Below, piece by piece: positions 34,890 through 40,000 of a stretch of DNA of 40,000 nucleotides. The stretch spans positions 1-40,000 of the forward strand of contig NZ_FNPC01000014.1 of NCBI RefSeq assembly GCF_900107205.1, in the 5' to 3' direction. How positions within the stretch are numbered: position 1 is the first letter of the stretch; every line of letters starts with the position of its first letter. Below the pieces are notes generated by a model that worked only from the letters and a program-made list of their open reading frames with translations, had not been told where the DNA came from and did no database searches. Both the position numbers and the translations under genes were made by a program. The stretch is from Halopenitus persicus. GTDB taxonomy: Archaea; Halobacteriota; Halobacteria; Halobacteriales; Haloferacaceae.

Positions 34890-35390
34890 ATGGAAAACTC
34901 AAATCCCCCGAATCAAGAGGTTGTCGGTGACCAGTTAATTGAAGATATATCAAAAATAAAATATATTGCGCTCGGGGAAGGGCCGGCGGCGTGTCAGGTC
35001 TGCGACCGCGAGCTCCGGGAAGGCGACGAGCTGACCGCGTATGCCTTCCGGGCGGCTGGCAACCCCATTTTTGAGATCGGATACGTGATGTGCGGGGCGG
35101 ACGAGCACGCACACCCGACGGAGTTTATGCGCGGCGTCCACGAGCTCGTGGTGACTGGTCGGGTTGGGCTGTGTTCTGATGTGGCGGTGCAGTCGTCGTG
35201 GTTGGTTCTGCTTGCGCCGTCGGTGGTGGTGGTGAGTGTGGCGTCGTCGGACTCGGCTTGCGTGGTGGGTGATGACACGACGCGCGATGCTGAGGCCCGG
35301 AGCACTACCGTCACTGAGCATCGGGGTGGTCCGAGGTCGTTGCTGTCGGTTGTCTGTGAGGATACTCGGGCTGATGGGGGTGGTTGGTGA
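34890..35390 (+). CDS. hypothetical protein, first ORF of the RAMP operon
   Basis: The only in-frame start is the ATG at 34890. Its stop overlaps the next ATG (TGATG at 35388-35392). It contains CQVCD...MCGADEH. The first ~28 codons are AT-rich and the rest is GC-rich. Confidence 0.5.
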   Translation: MENSNPPNQEVVGDQLIEDISKIKYIALGEGPAACQVCDRELREGDELTAYAFRAAGNPIFEIGYVMCGADEHAHPTEFMRGVHELVVTGRVGLCSDVAVQSSWLVLLAPSVVVVSVASSDSACVVGDDTTRDAEARSTTVTEHRGGPRSLLSVVCEDTRADGGGW

Positions 35391-36307
35391 TGGTGTTGGA
35401 GTTTGAGACGTCGCATTTGGATCGTGAGGTGTCGCTCCCGGACGATGTCGAGGAGCTCACGCTTCCGGATCTGTACGTGGGACTCGAGATTCCGCTGCTC
35501 GCACCGGGCGATGGGATCGTGACGGATCGCCATCACGCCTCGGCGGATCGGTATGAGGCGGATGATCCGCAGAATTTGATTGGTGGGATGGTGTCGCCGT
35601 TCCCATTGTCGGGGTGGTTGCGGCACGGTTGTGAGCGTGTGGTGCAGGTGGCGGGCGGGTCGGCGTGTCATCCGGGTGAGGCGAATGCGGACTATATGCT
35701 TGAGGATGTGTATGAGCGTGACCTCGACGCCGGGTACCACGAGAAAGGGTCGTGCGTCGACGACGATGCGGGCTGTGTCGTCTATGACTTGTTCGGCGGG
35801 TTTAATGATCGGGCGGGGCGGTTGGTGCGTCGGCCGATCCGGTTTTCTCCGATTCGCCGGCAAGTCGACGTCCTGCAGGGCGAAGCGGAAGCGCATTACC
35901 GCCAACTGAATACGCAGGTGCGTTCGCGGAACAGTGAGGATGACGGGCAGCCGTTGCGGATGGCGTCCCGAGACGTTGTCGGGAACCTGGTGGGGACGTG
36001 GAAGTTGTCGCTGCGGGAGTTGAAACCGGAGTACGTCGGGCTGCTGGTTGAGGCGGTTGATTATTTGGATGCGCATAGTGATGAGTTTGAGCTTCAGCTT
36101 GGTGGGGCGCGGAATTTCGGGGCGGGGATGGTGGATGCGCGCGTCATCAACCCGTTGTACACGGACGCTGAGATCAAGCGGGTGTATAATCGCGCGCAGG
36201 ACGCCACGTCGGGGATGGCGTGGAAGGATGACCTGTGGCGGGAGTCGGTGCGCCAGGAGTTCGTGACGCCGCTGCAAGAGCGTGTGAACAGTATGGGGGA
36301 GCTGTGA
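35390..36307 (+). CDS. RAMP-superfamily (Cas7-like) protein, not linked to a CRISPR array
   Basis: LEIPLLAPGDG (beta1 plus glycine), PFPLSGWLRHGCERVV (the S-x-x-G-x-x-R position), GCVVYDLFGG (the C..c.lFG motif), and LQLGGARNFGAGMVD (the C-terminal G-rich loop). Confidence 0.7.
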   Translation: MVLEFETSHLDREVSLPDDVEELTLPDLYVGLEIPLLAPGDGIVTDRHHASADRYEADDPQNLIGGMVSPFPLSGWLRHGCERVVQVAGGSACHPGEANADYMLEDVYERDLDAGYHEKGSCVDDDAGCVVYDLFGGFNDRAGRLVRRPIRFSPIRRQVDVLQGEAEAHYRQLNTQVRSRNSEDDGQPLRMASRDVVGNLVGTWKLSLRELKPEYVGLLVEAVDYLDAHSDEFELQLGGARNFGAGMVDARVINPLYTDAEIKRVYNRAQDATSGMAWKDDLWRESVRQEFVTPLQERVNSMGEL

Positions 36308-37128
36308 TGGCGCAAGCGAGTGATACGGTTAGCGTGGATCTGCGGGTGGCGTATCGGCACGATGTTCACAAACTGCGTGGTCGTCAGCACGGGTCGGGGT
36401 GTGACGAGCTGTTCGATGTGCCGGTTAATGAATCAGTCCCGATGCAGGCGGATCGGGATGCGGCGTTGTTGAGCCGGCCGGACGGCGAACCCGAGCAGAC
36501 GGTGGCGAATCATGCGTCGCCGGCGCGGCTGTCGCTGCTCACGGGCTCGGTACTCGAAACGGGGGCGGTCCCCGTACAGGATACTTCGATCACGCCGCTG
36601 GTTGATGGGTCGCCGGAAGAGTTGCACGCGGCGTGGTTGACGAGTGAGACTGCGTCGCTGGTGAATGAGTCGGTGTTTCTGCCGTATTCGTCGTTGAAGT
36701 ATCACGTGTTGCTGGTGGCGGGACTGCTTGATGCGTACCGGGCGGGCCACGTGTTTGATGACCTGTTCCTGGTTGTAGAACCGACTACAGATGTACCGCC
36801 ACGAGATGCGGATCGAGTAGTGAGACAGCAGGCGGCACTTGACGCAGATACGGTGATTCCACACCGAACCATCCTGTGGACGGAGGCGATGACGATGCGG
36901 TTGACGGCGTCACCGGACGGGTCGGCGGCGTGGCTTGGTCCGGCGCCGGCTGAGTCGTTTGCGGATGTGTGGAGTCGCGTGTCTGGGTCGCCGGTGGATC
37001 GTGACACGGTATGGTGGCGACACGTCGACGCACAGCTCCGTCGCATCCGGTCGTGGTCGACGGCGCTACAGTACATTGAGGATGCTGTCGCGGGTGAGAC
37101 GCGCGGCACGGTGGGGGTGGATGCGTGA
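36307..37128 (+). CDS. hypothetical protein of the RAMP operon
   Basis: The ATG at 36307 overlaps the upstream TGA by 1 nt. 273 aa, acidic, no recognisable motif. LPYSSLKYHVLLVAGLLDAY is only faintly HD-like. Confidence 0.6.
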   Translation: MAQASDTVSVDLRVAYRHDVHKLRGRQHGSGCDELFDVPVNESVPMQADRDAALLSRPDGEPEQTVANHASPARLSLLTGSVLETGAVPVQDTSITPLVDGSPEELHAAWLTSETASLVNESVFLPYSSLKYHVLLVAGLLDAYRAGHVFDDLFLVVEPTTDVPPRDADRVVRQQAALDADTVIPHRTILWTEAMTMRLTASPDGSAAWLGPAPAESFADVWSRVSGSPVDRDTVWWRHVDAQLRRIRSWSTALQYIEDAVAGETRGTVGVDA

Positions 37129-37438
37129 CCCGTCGTCACGGTCGTGACGGCTGGGCTGCTGACTCCGGTCATGCGATATGGTCGTACGGTGAGTCGGCGG
37201 GTCGGACTGCGTGTCCGGTCGCGTTCCCGGCTCTCCAGGGTCGAGGGTCGTTGGACCGCCCGGCAGTACACGCCTCACCAGCGGTTCGCCGTGCGTTGCG
37301 GGTGCTTGGTGGGGCTGTGTCTCCTGCTGGTGGTGAGTGGGGGTTGAGTCGAGTGGGGGCTCGCTGTGGTGATGCAGTTACCCGGGATGGGTCGGTGTGT
37401 TATGATCTCGATGTGAACCGAAGGGGGTGTGGTGTGGT

Positions 37439-38383
37439 ATGACGCGGATCCAGCAGGTCGTGTTCGAGTTGACAGCGCCGTACGCGGGGCGGCCGTATCA
37501 CGTGTCGGGTCACGCGTTGTTTCAAGCGATCGCGGCGGACGTCGACGACCGGGCGCGACGCGAGTTACAGGTGAGTCACGGGGTGTTCACGCCGTCTGAG
37601 TACGGGTCGTACCCGGATGAGCATTCACAGGATGGGTATGCGGGGAAGCTCGGCGGGTCGCTCCCGCCGGTCGAGTCGTACGAGGATCTGTTCCTGTTTC
37701 GGGACGCAGCCCAGCGATGGTTGCAGGCGTCCCGGCCGCGTGAGGCGCAGAATACGATGGATGTCCAGTCGCACGGCGGGCGGCTCGCGGTCGCGCCGGA
37801 GTCGTTCTTCGGGGTGCCGGCACACCAGCGGAATTCGAAGCGCCGCGTGACATGGTACATCCACGCGTATCTTCACAGTGAGCGCGAGGGCGTGCTCCCG
37901 CTTGATGAGAGCGTGCTTGATGGGATCCGGGTGGGCGGCGCGCGGAACTACGGGTTTGGGGAGGTATCGCTTGTCGACTCACAGGTCGTCGATCTCGACG
38001 CGGTGTCGTTCGATGGGCTGCGGGGGCACGACCAGTACTCCATCGAGCTGGTGACGCCGTACGTCTTGCAGAGTGAGGCCCCGGACGCGGACACCCAGTC
38101 GGTGCCGTGGTGGTGGGATACGTCGGTTACGGGCATGGGAAGTGATGCGCCGACGCGAGACCGGCGGTTGCGTCGCCGCGAGGAGCGACTCGCTGGGGAG
38201 TCGGTGTACGACTTGGCGACGATCGATCACGGGCAACTTGTCGGCTACGCCGGAAACGACCCGATACAGACGGCGAAAAACGGCGTGTTGCGAATCGGAA
38301 CACACGCACGATTCGGGTTCGGTGAGCTGCGGGTGCGGCCGGCGGGTCGTGATCGCGTGCCGGAGCGTGAGGGGGTGGTGTGA
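37439..38383 (+). CDS. RAMP-superfamily protein with two G-rich loops (Cas5/Cas6-like two-RRM architecture)
   Basis: YHVSGHALFQAI near the N-terminus. The two glycine-rich loops are IRVGGARNYGFGEVSL and LRIGTHARFGFGELRV. Confidence 0.7.
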   Translation: MTRIQQVVFELTAPYAGRPYHVSGHALFQAIAADVDDRARRELQVSHGVFTPSEYGSYPDEHSQDGYAGKLGGSLPPVESYEDLFLFRDAAQRWLQASRPREAQNTMDVQSHGGRLAVAPESFFGVPAHQRNSKRRVTWYIHAYLHSEREGVLPLDESVLDGIRVGGARNYGFGEVSLVDSQVVDLDAVSFDGLRGHDQYSIELVTPYVLQSEAPDADTQSVPWWWDTSVTGMGSDAPTRDRRLRRREERLAGESVYDLATIDHGQLVGYAGNDPIQTAKNGVLRIGTHARFGFGELRVRPAGRDRVPEREGVV

Positions 38384-39042
38384 TGCTTGAGCAGGTGGCG
38401 TTCGATATTGAGACGACTGGATTTGACATCAATGATGAGGTGACGGTCGTCGGGTTTGCGATGCCGATGGGTGTCCGGGTGTTCGTTCAGACCGCTGGGC
38501 GGGCCGCCGGCGATGTCGAGGCCAGCGTGTCGGCGCGGCTGTCGGACACACTTGTGAATGTGTCGACACACCCTGATGAGTCCGCGCTGTTGGCGGCTGT
38601 CGCGGCGTTCATCGGTGACCGGATACAGGACGCGGAGTCGCTGCTCGTTGCGTTTAACGGCGAGGTGTGGAGTGGCGGGTTCGATCTGCCGTTCCTGCGG
38701 AGTCGGTACGCGGCGCATGGGATGGCGTGGCCGTTCGATGTGGCGTATGCGGACGTGTTGCCGGTGATTTCGGATCGGTTCAACACGACGGTTGACGGTG
38801 AGGAACAGCGCGGGTTGGCGGCTGTGTACAGGCTGCTCGGCGACGGGTCGCATAGTGACCTTGATCCGTTTGAGGACAGTGCCGCGGCGGTGACCGCTTT
38901 CGAAGACGGGCGGTTCGTGGAGCTCGTGTTGCATAACGTGGCGGATGTGTTGCGGACGCGGGCGCTCGGCCGGGTTGCTGAGCGGTACTGTAGCAAGGCA
39001 GAGTTCAACGTGAAATCGTTGACGCCGACGAGGTCGAGTTGA
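38383..39042 (+). CDS. DEDDh 3'-5' exonuclease (DnaQ/RNase T-like)
   Basis: Exo I AFDIETTG; Exo II LVAFNGEVWSGGFDLPFL; Exo III LHNVADVLRT (H-x4-D). The ATG overlaps the upstream TGA (38381-38385). Confidence 0.8.
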   Translation: MLEQVAFDIETTGFDINDEVTVVGFAMPMGVRVFVQTAGRAAGDVEASVSARLSDTLVNVSTHPDESALLAAVAAFIGDRIQDAESLLVAFNGEVWSGGFDLPFLRSRYAAHGMAWPFDVAYADVLPVISDRFNTTVDGEEQRGLAAVYRLLGDGSHSDLDPFEDSAAAVTAFEDGRFVELVLHNVADVLRTRALGRVAERYCSKAEFNVKSLTPTRSS

Positions 39043-39238
39043 GATGCGGGTGCCGGGAGTCGTAGCCGCGTGGCGGGCTGGGCAAGTGCGTGACTGGGTG
39101 GTGCCGCCGGATTGACGCGCGGTGTCGACAGGCGGCTCCGTTGGTGCTGTCGGTGCGGAGTGAAGCGATACACCAAGACTCACGGCAGCGCAGTGCAGTA
39201 TCGGTCGCAACTGAACACGACGTACACTGAGAGACAAT

Positions 39239-40000
39239 ATGGCAGAAGCTGATACACGACCCCGAGCGGATGAATCAGGCAGTCCAACTACAGACGGCAA
39301 GGACGCCGGGACGACGAGCCCTCGTGAGTGTCACGAGACGGTTGACCCGGCGACGCGTGACGAGGTCCTGACGGAGTACCAGCATCGGTGCCAGGCGTGC
39401 GGGCGACGCGGGCCTGCACAAGGTGGGCTGGCGACGCTGCACGTCCATCACATCGAGCGGGACCCCGACGGGATAAACGAGCACGACCTGGAGAATTTAA
39501 CGTTGCTGTGCCGGTCGTGCCATAGTTGGTTCCACCAGCAGAGCACCCCGGATGAGTTGCCAGTGGATATCACTGAGGAAGATGAGAGTGTGCTGCTCCC
39601 GCAGGACATCGAGATCCTGCGGTACTTGGCTGATGAGGGGCCGGCGCGGACCGGTGAGATTTCGAACGGGTTGACGGCTGAGTTGTCCGTCACCACGGTT
39701 CGGGAGCGGCTGGCGTTGCTGATGGGGCTTGACAATATGGTCGACTCTCGGGACCAGCAGATCGTCGATCAGGACGCTGACACCGGCGAGTGGGGCCTGA
39801 CCGAGCAGATTGAGCATTCAGCGCGTGGGCATATTCCGTCGGATCCGCAAGCGTTGATTCAGCGCGTTGAGGACGAGCAAGTTAGGCAGGCACTGGAGCG
39901 TGGGTGCGACCGGGAGACCGTGATGGCTGTGCTCGATGTCTCCAGAAGGACGACGTTTCACAAGGAAAAACGCGCGATGGCGTACGATTTCCCGTTGAAT
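39239..40000 (+). CDS. HNH endonuclease fused to a winged-helix domain, 3'-partial
   Basis: This ORF is missing from the supplied track because it runs off the window. My translation from the ATG at 39239 gives ...YQHRCQACGRRGP...LHVHHIERDP...NLTLLCRSCHSWFH (an HNH motif). It continues with EILRYLADEGPARTGEISNGL..TTVRERLALL (a wHTH). The frame is open to position 40000. Confidence 0.8.
   Translation, partial: MAEADTRPRADESGSPTTDGKDAGTTSPRECHETVDPATRDEVLTEYQHRCQACGRRGPAQGGLATLHVHHIERDPDGINEHDLENLTLLCRSCHSWFHQQSTPDELPVDITEEDESVLLPQDIEILRYLADEGPARTGEISNGLTAELSVTTVRERLALLMGLDNMVDSRDQQIVDQDADTGEWGLTEQIEHSARGHIPSDPQALIQRVEDEQVRQALERGCDRETVMAVLDVSRRTTFHKEKRAMAYDFPLN

Noticed and set aside
34994-36277. 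427-aa minus-strand ORF covering the first RAMP gene
   Set aside because: It is an Arg/Pro/His/Gln-rich basic sequence antisense to a motif-bearing acidic gene. This is a typical shadow ORF of very GC-rich DNA.
38245-39300. 351-aa and 229-aa minus-strand ORFs over the exonuclease gene
   Set aside because: Same reasoning: Arg/Pro/Ser-rich, no motifs, and antisense to a DEDDh gene with all three Exo motifs.
1-40000. Search for a CRISPR array near the RAMP genes
   Set aside because: I saw no series of 25-40-nt direct repeats with regular spacers in any intergenic stretch. These include 28414-28800, 33618-34460 and 39043-39238. The RAMP locus therefore appears array-less within this window.

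Overview
The window looks like a mosaic accessory region of a haloarchaeon: predicted proteins are strongly acidic, neighbouring genes often overlap by ATGA or TGATG, and TATA-like boxes sit about 25 nt before start codons. All names come from motifs read by eye; no database search was possible. Positions 1-9.2 kb carry small housekeeping and accessory genes: a bPH membrane protein, an SMR efflux pump, a lone ATP synthase K subunit, an M23 peptidase, a MazF-like/wHTH pair, an HNH protein, PadR, a CopG/RHH protein, an alpha/beta hydrolase and a transposase remnant. Positions 9.25-12.1 kb, visibly more GC-rich, hold the preQ0 pathway queC-queE-queD and a divergent YhhQ-type 7-deazapurine transporter. 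A more AT-rich island spans about 12.1-34.9 kb and contains three parts. (i) An operon of a short TGT-fold (DpdA-like) protein, a wHTH protein and a P-loop ATPase. (ii) A five-gene overlapping operon: a wHTH-like protein, a 1123-aa coiled-coil P-loop ATPase, a DEVH helicase of DrmA/YprA type, a DUF1998-like Cys-cluster protein, and a Cas4-like nuclease fused to a degenerate SF1 helicase. (iii) On the other strand, a second, 734-aa TGT-fold protein with a small overlapping partner, then a deleted and frameshifted copy of module (i). Together these look like an undescribed archaeal 7-deazaguanine DNA modification/restriction system, Dpd-like in chemistry and DISARM-like in its helicase core. From about 34.98 kb a very GC-rich block encodes two RAMP-like (Cas5/6/7-fold) proteins, an unknown protein, a DEDDh exonuclease and an HNH-HTH protein, with no CRISPR array, cas1/2 or cas10 in view. 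A 19-nt motif occurs at five intergenic sites, and one perfect inverted pair brackets the preQ0 genes plus the TGT module.
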